Below are positions 1-9,008 of a stretch of 32,000 bases of DNA, piece by piece. This stretch comes from Candidatus Pelagibacter ubique HTCC1062. Lineage in GTDB: Bacteria; Pseudomonadota; Alphaproteobacteria; Pelagibacterales; Pelagibacteraceae. The translations under genes and the position numbers were made by a program. Location of the stretch: assembly GCF_000012345.1 (NCBI RefSeq), contig NC_007205.1, forward strand, positions 780,001 through 812,000. The letters are read 5' to 3'. The first letter of the stretch is position 1. Every line of letters starts with the position of its first letter. The notes beneath the pieces were generated by a model. The model did not search any database. It was not told the DNA's origin and saw nothing but the letters and a program-made list of their open reading frames with translations.

Positions 1-1389
1 TGGTACACCAAAAATAATTCCAAGTACTAAACCTAGGAGAACTCTTAAAAAAGAATCCCAGATATGACCCATCGGAACTGGTATCTTAAATAATTTAAAC
101 TCACCTGTAACAACACTTAAGACTTTACTCTTAAAGTTTGGAGTAACAGTTCCATCAGCATTATGAATTGGATATGCCCCAGGCATAGCATCTGCAATCC
201 AATCAGGTAATATAAAACCAACTATTTTACTTACATCCATCATTTCATACCAAATTAGAGGTACGTTTTTAAATCCAATACTGGGTTTAAGGAGTAGCAC
301 AAATTTATTAAAGGTATCAGACGGTTTTGGTAACCATCTTCCAGATCCTTGTTCAGAACAATTTGGTCCACTTGAAACAATTGTACCAGCAGGAAATAAA
401 AAAATATCAACTAGTCTTAAAACACCTTGTTCTTTCTTTTGAACTTCATCAAACTCTATTATTGATTTTTGCATATCATCAAGAGTATTAGGTGGGAAAA
501 TACTTGCGTATTCGATTCTTCGAGCAATTTTTAAAACATCTTTTGCTAATGCAGAAGCTACTTCTTGGGTATTATCTAAACTAGATCGATAAGCTTTAAT
601 CTCATCCTTAATCTCTTTCATTAACTGTTTATATTTATAGTTATGATTTCTTATTTTGAAAAAGTCATTACTAATAAGAGTTAATTCTTTTGCAGCTGCA
701 TCAAATTTTAAACCCATTTTTGTTTCAGGAATAGTTGGTATTTCAACTGTATTTTCTACAGCGGTTGCAGAGGCTCCCCATTTCCCTTGTTTTTTTAAAG
801 CTTCAATTCTTGCGTTCTCTTCTTCAATACTTTTAATTGGTGGATAGCTTATTTTTTGAAAATCTTCTGTTAACCAAGTAATTCTATTTGTTAAATCTCG
901 AATTTGACTTTTTGTTTCTTCTTCTAAAAGGTCAATATTGGTTAACAATGGAATTGATTGTTGAGTTTTTGCAATAAATTTTAAAAGAGTAGTTTTGTCT
1001 TGCTCTCTTATATTGGGTGAATTTTTAATTTCATTAGCTAGTTTTTGTATATTTTTGTTTTCACCTTTGATTATTGAAGTACTCTTAAATTCACGTTCTT
1101 CAATTGGAAATAAATATTTTAACGAAAGTAAAGAGTCGTTTACTTTTGCAACCTGACAAAGTTCATTTGCAGACTGGGGATAAAATGATTTCGCCATATC
1201 CCAAGAATAGTAAAGCCAAGTTAATAGTAAAAAACTACTACCAACAATAACCCAATGAACTCCACCTTTAGCTCTTTCAGGATTACCAAATACAGCATCT
1301 AATTTTTCAGTTTTTGCTAATTTTCTTCCATACAAAATAGATCCAATAACTGCAAAAATTACTACGAATGTTATAATACCTGTTAGCAT
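1..1389 (-). CDS. ABC transporter permease, TauC/SsuC-like (NitT/TauT family). Partial, C-terminus outside the window. Carries a very long N-terminal extension.
   Basis: Absent from the ORF track because it runs off the window edge. Manual reverse-complement translation from the ATG at 1389-1387 (1 nt after the upstream ATPase stop) stays open for all 463 codons down to position 1. It reads MLTGIITFVVIFAVIGSILYGRK...VHWVIVGSSFLLLTWLYYSW... then about 370 hydrophilic residues, ending ...IPVPMGHIWDSFLRVLLGLVLGIIFGVP. That last segment looks like the first conserved membrane segment of TauC/SsuC permeases. Gene order is SBP-ATPase-permease, as in tauABC. Confidence 0.75.
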   Translation of the reverse strand, partial: MLTGIITFVVIFAVIGSILYGRKLAKTEKLDAVFGNPERAKGGVHWVIVGSSFLLLTWLYYSWDMAKSFYPQSANELCQVAKVNDSLLSLKYLFPIEEREFKSTSIIKGENKNIQKLANEIKNSPNIREQDKTTLLKFIAKTQQSIPLLTNIDLLEEETKSQIRDLTNRITWLTEDFQKISYPPIKSIEEENARIEALKKQGKWGASATAVENTVEIPTIPETKMGLKFDAAAKELTLISNDFFKIRNHNYKYKQLMKEIKDEIKAYRSSLDNTQEVASALAKDVLKIARRIEYASIFPPNTLDDMQKSIIEFDEVQKKEQGVLRLVDIFLFPAGTIVSSGPNCSEQGSGRWLPKPSDTFNKFVLLLKPSIGFKNVPLIWYEMMDVSKIVGFILPDWIADAMPGAYPIHNADGTVTPNFKSKVLSVVTGEFKLFKIPVPMGHIWDSFLRVLLGLVLGIIFGVP

Positions 1390-1390
1390 A

Positions 1391-2188
1391 CTAAATATCT
1401 TTACCCATAATTTCTTCTTCCATATTCCAAATCATAGTTAGAATTTCTTCTCTAGTGCTTACAAAGTTAGGTGTTTTTTTTATCTCTCTTAAATCACCAT
1501 CAATACCCATTGATGCAAAAGGAAGATTATATTCTTTATGGATACGACCTGGTCTTGGTGCCATTACATACAATCTTTCACCTAGTAGTAAAGCTTCTTC
1601 AACTGAGTGGGTGATTAAAATAATTGTTTTTCCTGTTTCTTTCCAAATTTTTAAAACTAAAGACTGCATCTTCTCTCTTGTTAATGCATCTAATGCACCT
1701 AATGGTTCATCCATTAAAATTAGATCAGGGTCATTAATCAAGCATCTAGCAAGAGCAACCCTTTGCTGCATACCTCCAGATAATTGATAAGTAGGCGTGT
1801 TACCAAAACCTTGTAGACCTACTATATTTAACCACTCTTCAACTTTTTTTGCAGTTTTAACTGGGTCTTCTTTTTTCATTCTCAAACCAAAATCAACATT
1901 CTCTGCAACAGTTAGCCATTCAAATAAAGCACCTTGTTGAAAAACCATTCCTCGTTCAACACCAGGACCATCTATTTCATTACCATTAAGAGCAATAGCG
2001 CCCGAAGTGGGTCTTAGAAAACCAGCGGTAATATTTAGTAGAGTTGTTTTTCCACATCCTGAAGGACCAAGAACAGTTAAAAGTTCACCTTTTTTAAGTG
2101 TAAAGTTTACATCTTTTAATGCATGAACTGTTTCTCCTTTAGGAGTTTTAAAGATCATGTTTAAATTCTGAGAAATTAAATCACTCAT
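1391..2188 (-). CDS. tauB: ABC transporter ATP-binding protein, taurine/sulfonate/nitrate (TauB-like) type
   Basis: Walker A GPSGCGKTT, ABC signature LSGGMQQR and Walker B LILMDEP. About 265 aa, single-domain NitT/TauT-type ATPase. Sits between the TauA-like SBP and the permease. Confidence 0.8.
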   Translation of the reverse strand: MSDLISQNLNMIFKTPKGETVHALKDVNFTLKKGELLTVLGPSGCGKTTLLNITAGFLRPTSGAIALNGNEIDGPGVERGMVFQQGALFEWLTVAENVDFGLRMKKEDPVKTAKKVEEWLNIVGLQGFGNTPTYQLSGGMQQRVALARCLINDPDLILMDEPLGALDALTREKMQSLVLKIWKETGKTIILITHSVEEALLLGERLYVMAPRPGRIHKEYNLPFASMGIDGDLREIKKTPNFVSTREEILTMIWNMEEEIMGKDI

Positions 2189-2275
2189 AAGACAATACTA
2201 TATTAGAATTTTTTTAAAAAAATAGGCACCAATTTATTAAATTGGCGCCTATTTAAATTTATTTAACTCTCTAAA

Positions 2276-3217
2276 TTAAAGAGGTAAAAAGCTTGTATCA
2301 ACTGCTCCGTTAGGAGTACCCATTCCTTTTAAAAATCCACTTAGATTTCCAGAAGTCATAGATTTTTCAGTCTCTTCAGGTGTAAGAAATTTAAATCCGC
2401 TTAAAGTTTCTTTCATATCACCAAGCTTCATCTCAGCATCTTTAGCGATAACATTTAAATCACTTTTACCTGCTGCATATCTAGCATTTGCTTCATGAGT
2501 TACTTCTATGAAAGTTCTCAGCATACCTGGGTTCTCTTTCATAAATTTGTCAGTAACAGATGTAATGTCAATACCTAAGATACCAGCATCACGCGCTTCT
2601 TGAACTGTTAGTAATCTACTTCCAACTGCAGTTGCAGCTTTAATAGAATTTCCACCAAATAAACATGCCATTACAACATCACCAGAAACTAGTGCAGCAG
2701 CACCTTCTTCAGGATCCATTTGAATAACTGTCATTTTACTTTTATCAGCACCAACAACTTTCATACTTTCATCAAAAACATACTCAGCCATTGTTCCAAG
2801 AGGAACAGCAACTTTTTTACCTTCTAATTCAGAAGCGTTAGCTTTTGTAATTCCAGAAGCATTAGATGTAACACAAGTTGTTCCACCCATTCCGTATTCC
2901 ATAGCAATATCTACAAGTTTTAGTGGAGCTTTTGATTTAACAGCATTGATAAATGGCACTAAGCCTTGTGAGTAAGAAATATCAATATCTCCAGCTAACA
3001 TAGCATCAGTCATTGCACCACCGTTTGAAAAGTTAGTCCATTTAACTGGAACACCTAGAGCTTTATCAAACATCTTTTTAACTTTGTCTTCTTGGTTTGG
3101 AGTAGGCCATTCTAAAAAGAATGCAACTCTAACTTCTTTAGCAGCTGCATTTGCAACTGACATAGATAAGTTAAGAGCAACTACCGTTCCAAGAATAAAA
3201 CTAATTATTTTTTTCAT
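2276..3217 (-). CDS. tauA: Periplasmic substrate-binding protein, TauA-like (NMT1/SsuA/TauA fold), probably taurine-binding
   Basis: Signal peptide MKKIISFILGTVVALNLSMSVANA. Layout resembles E. coli TauA: VRVAF..., W.NFSNGG....ML.GDIDI, GKKVAVPLGT..Y. First gene of the SBP-ATPase-permease string and divergent from an aminotransferase/alanine dehydrogenase pair. Confidence 0.7.
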   Translation of the reverse strand: MKKIISFILGTVVALNLSMSVANAAAKEVRVAFFLEWPTPNQEDKVKKMFDKALGVPVKWTNFSNGGAMTDAMLAGDIDISYSQGLVPFINAVKSKAPLKLVDIAMEYGMGGTTCVTSNASGITKANASELEGKKVAVPLGTMAEYVFDESMKVVGADKSKMTVIQMDPEEGAAALVSGDVVMACLFGGNSIKAATAVGSRLLTVQEARDAGILGIDITSVTDKFMKENPGMLRTFIEVTHEANARYAAGKSDLNVIAKDAEMKLGDMKETLSGFKFLTPEETEKSMTSGNLSGFLKGMGTPNGAVDTSFLPL

Positions 3218-3265
3218 TATTATCCCTCTGTTGTTAATTTAATTAAATTATTAGCATTTAAATTG

Positions 3266-3321
3266 AAATTACACTGGATGTAAAACAAAAAACGAATATA
3301 CATCTTCAGGTTGTGTAATTT
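3266..3321. promoter_or_regulatory. Inverted repeat in the divergent tauA / aminotransferase promoter region (candidate operator)
   Basis: AAATTACAC at 3266-3274 is the exact reverse complement of GTGTAATTT at 3313-3321. The inner flanks (CTGGATGT / ACATCTTCAG) extend the pairing imperfectly. This is the longest dyad I can see in the only sizeable spacer of the locus. Confidence 0.3.
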
Positions 3322-3434
3322 AAAGTCAAAGAAAAAAAAATAGTAAAAAATAAAATAAATCTAGAAAACCTTTTGATTTAGTCTAATAGTTAGAAATAAA
3401 TTTATAACACCACATATATAGAGAGAGAATATTT

Positions 3435-4781
3435 ATGAGCTCAGAAAATAGAACTTCAGTACCTAATTCATTAAATGAACATTGGATGCCATTTACATCT
3501 AATAAAGATTTCAAAGCAAACCCAAGGTTAATCACAGAAGCTAAAGGGGTTTACTTAAAAACTCATCATGGAAAAACACAAATAGATGCGAGCTCAGGTT
3601 TATTTTGTAATCCACTAGGTCACGGAAGAAGAGAAATTACAGAAGCTGTTACAAAGCAATTAGAAACTTTAGATTACGCACAACCATTTCAACAAGGTTT
3701 TGGTGGTTCATTTGAGCTTGCTACAAAAATTTCAAAACACACACCTGGTGATTTAAACAAAATGTTTTTTACAATTTGTGGATCTACAGCTGTAGAAACT
3801 GCAATTAAGATTGCTGTTGCTTATCACAGAGCAAAAGGGCACGCAGAAAGATTTAGATTTGTTGGCCGTGAGCGTGGTTACCATGGAATGAACATTGGCT
3901 GTATTTCAGTTGGTGGAATGGTGAACAATATTAAAACGTTTGCAAGTGTTTTAATGCCAGGTGTCCAACACATTAGACATACACATTTACCAGAACATAA
4001 GTTTGTGAGTGGTCAACCAGAAACTGGAGACTATTTAGCAAACGATTTAGAAACTATTTGTCAAAACTTTGGTGGTGAAAATATTGCTGCTTGTATTGTT
4101 GAACCGATTGCTGGATCAACAGGAACATTGGTACCACCCAAAGGTTATTTACAAAAATTAAGAGAGATCTGTGACAAGCATGGAATACTTTTAATTTTTG
4201 ATGAAGTAATTACAGGATGGGGCAGAACAGGTTCTAAATTTGGCGCTGATGAATTTGGAGTAACTCCAGACATTATGACAATGGCTAAAGCTACAACTAA
4301 TGGTGTTGTGCCAATGGGTGTTGTTGCTTGTAGTGATTATATTTATGATGCGGTAATGGATGCTTCACCAACGGGTGCAGTTGAATTATTTCATGGTTAT
4401 ACTTATTCAGGAATTCCAGTTGCAGTAGCAGCTGCTCTTGCGGTGCAAGACATTTTTGAAAAAGATGATATTTTTAATAGAGCAAAAAATTTAGCTCCTT
4501 ATTTCCAAAAAGGATTATTCTCTCTTCAAGATCTAGAGTCTGTGGATAATATTAGAGGATATGGAATGATGGGTGGAATAGACATGAAGCTAAACACTAA
4601 ACCTGGTAAAGCTGGCTATGAATGTTTTAAAGCATGTTATGAAGCTGGTGTTAACTTTAAAGCTACAGGAGATTGTTTAATTATAGCTCCTCAATTCATT
4701 TGTGAAGAAAAACACATTGATGAGATTATTGAAAAGTTAAGAACTGGTATTACTAACTATCAAAAAAATCAAAAAAACTAA
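3435..4781 (+). CDS. tpa: Class III (omega-amino acid:pyruvate) aminotransferase, probably taurine:pyruvate aminotransferase
   Basis: N-terminal HWMPFTSNKDFKANPRLI...GLFCNPLGHGRREI is typical of omega-amino-acid/beta-alanine:pyruvate transaminases. PLP-lysine context is DIMTMAKATTNG. Strong SD (AGAGAGAGAA) before the ATG. Followed by alanine dehydrogenase and divergent from tauABC, which is the classic taurine deamination arrangement. Confidence 0.65.
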   Translation: MSSENRTSVPNSLNEHWMPFTSNKDFKANPRLITEAKGVYLKTHHGKTQIDASSGLFCNPLGHGRREITEAVTKQLETLDYAQPFQQGFGGSFELATKISKHTPGDLNKMFFTICGSTAVETAIKIAVAYHRAKGHAERFRFVGRERGYHGMNIGCISVGGMVNNIKTFASVLMPGVQHIRHTHLPEHKFVSGQPETGDYLANDLETICQNFGGENIAACIVEPIAGSTGTLVPPKGYLQKLREICDKHGILLIFDEVITGWGRTGSKFGADEFGVTPDIMTMAKATTNGVVPMGVVACSDYIYDAVMDASPTGAVELFHGYTYSGIPVAVAAALAVQDIFEKDDIFNRAKNLAPYFQKGLFSLQDLESVDNIRGYGMMGGIDMKLNTKPGKAGYECFKACYEAGVNFKATGDCLIIAPQFICEEKHIDEIIEKLRTGITNYQKNQKN

Positions 4782-4824
4782 AAACTTTAATAAAATTTAA
4801 AGTACTGAAAAGGGAGAGAGTGTT

Positions 4825-5937
4825 ATGAAGATCGGCGTACCTAAAGAAATCAAACCACAAGAGCATCGTATTGGACTAACTCCTGACAGTGTTAAGACTT
4901 TAATATCAGAGGGTCATGAGGTTTTAGTTGAGAATAATGGTGGATATGAAGCCGGCTTTGAAAACGAACAATATATAAGCGTTGGTGCTAAAATCATTGA
5001 TAAAGCTGAAGATATTTTTAATGATGCAGATATTATTGTTAAAGTAAAAGAGCCTCAATCAGTTGAAGTTAAGATGATTAGAGAAAATCAGATCATCTAC
5101 ACTTATTTACACTTAGCGGCAGCTAAAGAGCTAACTGAAGGTTTAATTAAATCTAAAGGTGTTTGTATAGCTTATGAAACAGTAACAGATGACAATGGCA
5201 GATTACCATTACTTGCACCAATGAGTGCAGTTGCTGGACGTATGTCTGTTCAAGCAGGAGCACATTGCTTGGAAAAAAATCAAAATGGTAGAGGTCTTTT
5301 ATTAGGAGGAGCTCCTGGAGTTGAAGGAGGAACAGTTGTTATTTTAGGTGGCGGTGTTGTTGGTGAAAACGCTGCAGTTATTGCAACTGGTATGAGGGCT
5401 AAAGTTCATATCGTTGATAAATCTGAAGCAAGATTAAAACAACTGGTTGAAATGTTTGGTGATAAAATTATCCCAGAACAAAGTGATAAAATTGATTTAA
5501 ATAAATTAGTTGCAGAAGCTGATCTTTTAATTGGCGGTGTTTTAATTCCAGGTGCAGAAGCTCCAAAACTAATTACTAAACCAATGTTGAAATTAATGAA
5601 AAGAGGATCAGTAATTGTTGATGTTGCAATTGATCAAGGGGGTTGTGTTGAGACAAGTAAACCAACAACTCACGGTGATCCAACTTATATTATTGATGAT
5701 GTTATTCATTACTGTGTAGCAAATATGCCAGGGGGAGTTCCAAGAACTTCAACGATTGCATTGAACAACGCAACACTTCCGTATCTAGTTAAAATCGCAA
5801 ATGATGGTTACGCCAAAGCATTAAGTGATGACAAACATCTACTTGCTGGATTAAACGTTTGCAAAGGTCAAGTAACCTATAAAGCGGTTGCTGATGTTTT
5901 TGGACATGATTACGTTGATCCTTTAAGTACTCTATAA
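4825..5937 (+). CDS. ald: L-alanine dehydrogenase
   Basis: MKIGVPKEIKPQEHRIGLTP N-terminus and Rossmann motif VVILGGGVVGENAA. About 370 aa. SD AAGGGAGAG upstream. Confidence 0.9.
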   Translation: MKIGVPKEIKPQEHRIGLTPDSVKTLISEGHEVLVENNGGYEAGFENEQYISVGAKIIDKAEDIFNDADIIVKVKEPQSVEVKMIRENQIIYTYLHLAAAKELTEGLIKSKGVCIAYETVTDDNGRLPLLAPMSAVAGRMSVQAGAHCLEKNQNGRGLLLGGAPGVEGGTVVILGGGVVGENAAVIATGMRAKVHIVDKSEARLKQLVEMFGDKIIPEQSDKIDLNKLVAEADLLIGGVLIPGAEAPKLITKPMLKLMKRGSVIVDVAIDQGGCVETSKPTTHGDPTYIIDDVIHYCVANMPGGVPRTSTIALNNATLPYLVKIANDGYAKALSDDKHLLAGLNVCKGQVTYKAVADVFGHDYVDPLSTL

Positions 5938-5950
5938 TTTTTTTAAACTA

Positions 5951-6466
5951 ATGTTATCGGATAAAATTAAAGATTATTTAAACGAATACATTAGTCAGGA
6001 AGTTTACGTTCAAGTAGCTGTTGCTAAAGGTAAAAATAAAATCTCAACTAATGCTGCAATTAGCAAATATTTTGAAAGCAATCATTTTACAGGTTTAGCA
6101 GAAGGTAAACCCTACAATACTTTTTTAGATGATCTTAAAGATAAGTGTTTAGGAAAATTAGTAAACTCCCCAATGAAAGATAGTAAAACGGAAGATGAAA
6201 TTATTATTGAACTTCAAAGAAAGCTTAACACTTTAAAAATTGAAGAATTAAATGACACTTACTGGGAAGTAGAGACTGGTGAATATTTAAGTGGAATGGA
6301 TATCAAAGAAATTGAACTTGAGAGAGATACTTTAATTAAATTTTTAACTTCTAAAGATGAAGCGCACGACACAGTAAGCACTCTTTGTAAAAACTATGAA
6401 AAATTATGTAAAGAAAAGTATCCAGAAGCTCCATTACCACTAGAAATATTAGATACTAAACACTAA
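5951..6466 (+). CDS. Hypothetical acidic, helical protein (171 aa), no recognisable family
   Basis: Complete ORF starting 13 nt after the ald stop on the same strand. No motifs recognised. Confidence 0.5.
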   Translation: MLSDKIKDYLNEYISQEVYVQVAVAKGKNKISTNAAISKYFESNHFTGLAEGKPYNTFLDDLKDKCLGKLVNSPMKDSKTEDEIIIELQRKLNTLKIEELNDTYWEVETGEYLSGMDIKEIELERDTLIKFLTSKDEAHDTVSTLCKNYEKLCKEKYPEAPLPLEILDTKH

Positions 6467-6503
6467 GTTTCTCTTTAATAATCTAAATTATAGTCTATAA
6501 AAA

Positions 6504-6574
6504 TTGTAAGGGGTGTCGTAACTGACTGAGAATAAACCCTAATAACCTGTCCGGTAATTCAGAAAGGGAGAACA
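6504..6574 (+). promoter_or_regulatory. TPP (THI-box) riboswitch, very compact
   Basis: Sequence is TTGTAAGGGGTGTCGTAACTGACTGAGAATAAACCCTAATAACCTGTCCGGTAATTCAGAAAGGGAGAACA. The conserved TPP-aptamer blocks GGGGUG, CUGAGA, ACCC, AACCUG and GGGA occur in the canonical order. It ends directly at the ATG of the downstream transporter. Confidence 0.8.
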
Positions 6575-8023
6575 ATGGATAAAACATACTTTATAAGTCA
6601 ATCAACATCATTAACACTTGTCATAACTATAAGCTTAATCTTTACAATTGTTGGATTAATTTACTCTAAAAAATATCAAGGGATTAACAATTATCTAACT
6701 GCGAATAGAAACATTGGTTTCTTTTCACTAACAACAAGCCTAATTGCATCTGCGCTTGGGGCTTGGATTTTATTTGGTCCAGCATCTGCTGCAACATGGG
6801 GTGGAATAGGAGCTGTGATTGGTTACGCATTAGGAACAGCATTTCCTATGATCTTTTTAATTTCACTTGGAAAAAAAATAAGAACTGACTTTCCAAAAGG
6901 TTCAACGTTAATTGAATTTTTAAGAAAAAGATTTGGAAAGAGTTTATTTAAACTTATTTTGCTTATGACAGTATTTTATATGTTTGTTTTTTTATGCGCT
7001 GAAATTACAGCAGTTGCAATATTGATAAATTATATTTCAGGCACTGAACTTTGGGTTACCTCTTTAATTATTCTAATCGCAACACTTGCTTACACTTTAT
7101 ACGGTGGATTAAGAGCTTCAATTTTTACAGATAATATTCAAATGATTGTAATTGTAGCTTTATTATTAATTTCAGTATTTTATCTAACATCATTTACAGG
7201 GGATCAGTTTTCTTTCTCATTTATTAAAGAAAAAAGTCCTCACTTATTAAGTGCGAGTTATATTCCAAACTATACTGCAGGATTAACGTTCTTTATCGCG
7301 GTTGCTGCAACTAATCTTTTTCATCAAGGAAATTGGCAAAGAGTTTATGCTGCAAAAAATAATGAAGTTTTAAAGAAAAGTTTAATAGTAGCGTTCATCG
7401 TTATTATTCCAATTGTTTTTTTTATGGGCTTTAGTGGTTTAGTTGCAGTATCAGCTAATCCAAAAGTTATTCCTGACCTTGGTTTCTTTTCTTTATTATT
7501 AAGTGAACAGACAGAATTTTTATCATTAATAATTGTGATCCTTGGTTTATCATTAACAATTAGTACTGTTGATACATTGGTCAATGCAATATCAAGCTTA
7601 ATAGTGGTTGATGGAAAAGCAACTTTAAATTTAAATAAGAAAACTAATTACTTAACTCTTTCAAAATATTTTATAGTAGTGCTTTCAATTATAGCTTTTG
7701 TAATTGCTTCAAAAGGATTCAGTGTTTTATACTTATTCTTGCTTGCTGATTTATTTTGTTGTGCGTTTGTACTTACTGTTTTTTATAGTTTCTATAATAA
7801 AAAGTTGAATGAAAAAACGGCATATATTTCAATTATTATTGGGTTAATTGGAGGGTTTCTTTTATTCCCAGCTCCTGATTTTTCAAAGAGTTTGTTAGTG
7901 GGTATAATTTTACCAGCAGATACTTTTCCAGCTTTTGTCTCTCAATCATTGTTGTTTTTATCTTTTATAATCGCAACTTTTTTGCCTGTAATATTTTGGA
8001 AAATAAAAGGATCTAAAAAATAG
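6575..8023 (+). CDS. thiV: Sodium:solute symporter (SSS) family transporter under TPP-riboswitch control, thiV-like (thiamin pyrimidine precursor/HMP importer)
   Basis: 482 aa, about 13 hydrophobic helices, SSS-like. Directly preceded by the TPP riboswitch. As I recall, this pairing has been described for SAR11 thiV. Confidence 0.7.
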   Translation: MDKTYFISQSTSLTLVITISLIFTIVGLIYSKKYQGINNYLTANRNIGFFSLTTSLIASALGAWILFGPASAATWGGIGAVIGYALGTAFPMIFLISLGKKIRTDFPKGSTLIEFLRKRFGKSLFKLILLMTVFYMFVFLCAEITAVAILINYISGTELWVTSLIILIATLAYTLYGGLRASIFTDNIQMIVIVALLLISVFYLTSFTGDQFSFSFIKEKSPHLLSASYIPNYTAGLTFFIAVAATNLFHQGNWQRVYAAKNNEVLKKSLIVAFIVIIPIVFFMGFSGLVAVSANPKVIPDLGFFSLLLSEQTEFLSLIIVILGLSLTISTVDTLVNAISSLIVVDGKATLNLNKKTNYLTLSKYFIVVLSIIAFVIASKGFSVLYLFLLADLFCCAFVLTVFYSFYNKKLNEKTAYISIIIGLIGGFLLFPAPDFSKSLLVGIILPADTFPAFVSQSLLFLSFIIATFLPVIFWKIKGSKK

Positions 8024-8041
8024 ACCTAATAATTTGTAAAA

Positions 8042-8065
8042 GGTGTATAAGTAACTATATACACC
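8042..8065 (+). terminator. Stem-loop between thiV and the ABC-2 ATPase gene (possible terminator or stability hairpin, no U-tract)
   Basis: GGTGTATA (8042-8049) and TATACACC (8058-8065) form a perfect 8-bp stem with an 8-nt loop. It ends 7 nt before the next start codon. Confidence 0.35.
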
Positions 8066-8072
8066 CTAACAA

Positions 8073-9008
8073 ATGTCTGAGATTCAAATATCCATTAACA
8101 ACTTATCAAAAGTTTACGATAATGGCTTTAAAGCCTTAAATAATGTTAGCCTTAAAGTAAAACAAGGTGAAATTCTTGCAATGCTTGGACCAAATGGTGC
8201 GGGCAAAACTAGTTTAATCAGTATTATTTGTGGAATTGTTAAACCTACTTCAGGAACTGTCACAATTGATAATTATGATATTATAAAAGATTATAGAGAG
8301 ACAAGATCAAGAATAGGGCTTGTTCCTCAAGAATTAAATTTAGAATCTTTTGAGACTGTTTTTGATACCGTATCTTATTCAAGAGGGCTGTATGGAAAAG
8401 CACCAAAACCGGAGCATATTGAGAAAATTTTAAAAGATTTAAGTTTGTGGGATAAAAAAGATCAAAGATTAAGACAATTATCAGGCGGAATGAAAAGAAG
8501 AGTTTTAATTGCAAAAGCTTTATCTCATGAACCTAAAATATTATTTCTTGATGAACCAACAGCCGGAGTTGATGTTGAGCTTAGAAGAGATATGTGGATG
8601 GTTGTTGATGACCTCAGAAAAAAAGGCGTCACAATTATTTTAACTACTCATTACATTGAGGAAGCTGAGGCTATAGCGGACCGTGTAGCTGTAATTAATC
8701 AAGGTGAAATTATTGTAGTTGAGGATAAAAAAGAATTAATTAAGAAAATGGGACACAAAAAACTAACCATTGAATTGCAAAAAAAAATTACAGAAATTCC
8801 AGAAGATTTATCTAAGTATAATCTTGAAATAAGTGAAGAGCAGATGTCATTAATTTATACTTATAATGTTCAGGCTGAAAAAACGGGTATTACTGATTTA
8901 TTGCAAGATATAAAAGATACTGGCTTAAAGTTAAAAGATTTAAAAACAGAACAAAGTACATTAGAGAAAATATTTGTTGATTTAGTAAAGGAGAATAATG
9001 AAATTTAA
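8073..9008 (+). CDS. ABC-2 type transporter ATP-binding protein (YadG-like)
   Basis: Walker [10 protein letters not shown], signature LSGGMKRR, Walker [11 protein letters not shown] and a C-terminal extension typical of ABC-2 ATPases. Overlaps the permease gene by 11 nt. Confidence 0.85.
   Translation: MSEIQISINNLSKVYDNGFKALNNVSLKVKQGEILAMLGPNGAGKTSLISIICGIVKPTSGTVTIDNYDIIKDYRETRSRIGLVPQELNLESFETVFDTVSYSRGLYGKAPKPEHIEKILKDLSLWDKKDQRLRQLSGGMKRRVLIAKALSHEPKILFLDEPTAGVDVELRRDMWMVVDDLRKKGVTIILTTHYIEEAEAIADRVAVINQGEIIVVEDKKELIKKMGHKKLTIELQKKITEIPEDLSKYNLEISEEQMSLIYTYNVQAEKTGITDLLQDIKDTGLKLKDLKTEQSTLEKIFVDLVKENNEI

Noticed and set aside
656-847. Track ORF (+, 63 aa)
   Set aside because: It lies antisense inside the 463-codon open frame of the TauC-like permease. 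It is low-complexity and has no motif.
1455-1787. Track ORF (+, 110 aa)
   Set aside because: It lies antisense within the well-supported ABC ATPase gene, which has Walker A/B and signature motifs on the minus strand.
7345-7584. Track ORF (-, 79 aa)
   Set aside because: It lies antisense inside the SSS transporter gene and has no independent support.
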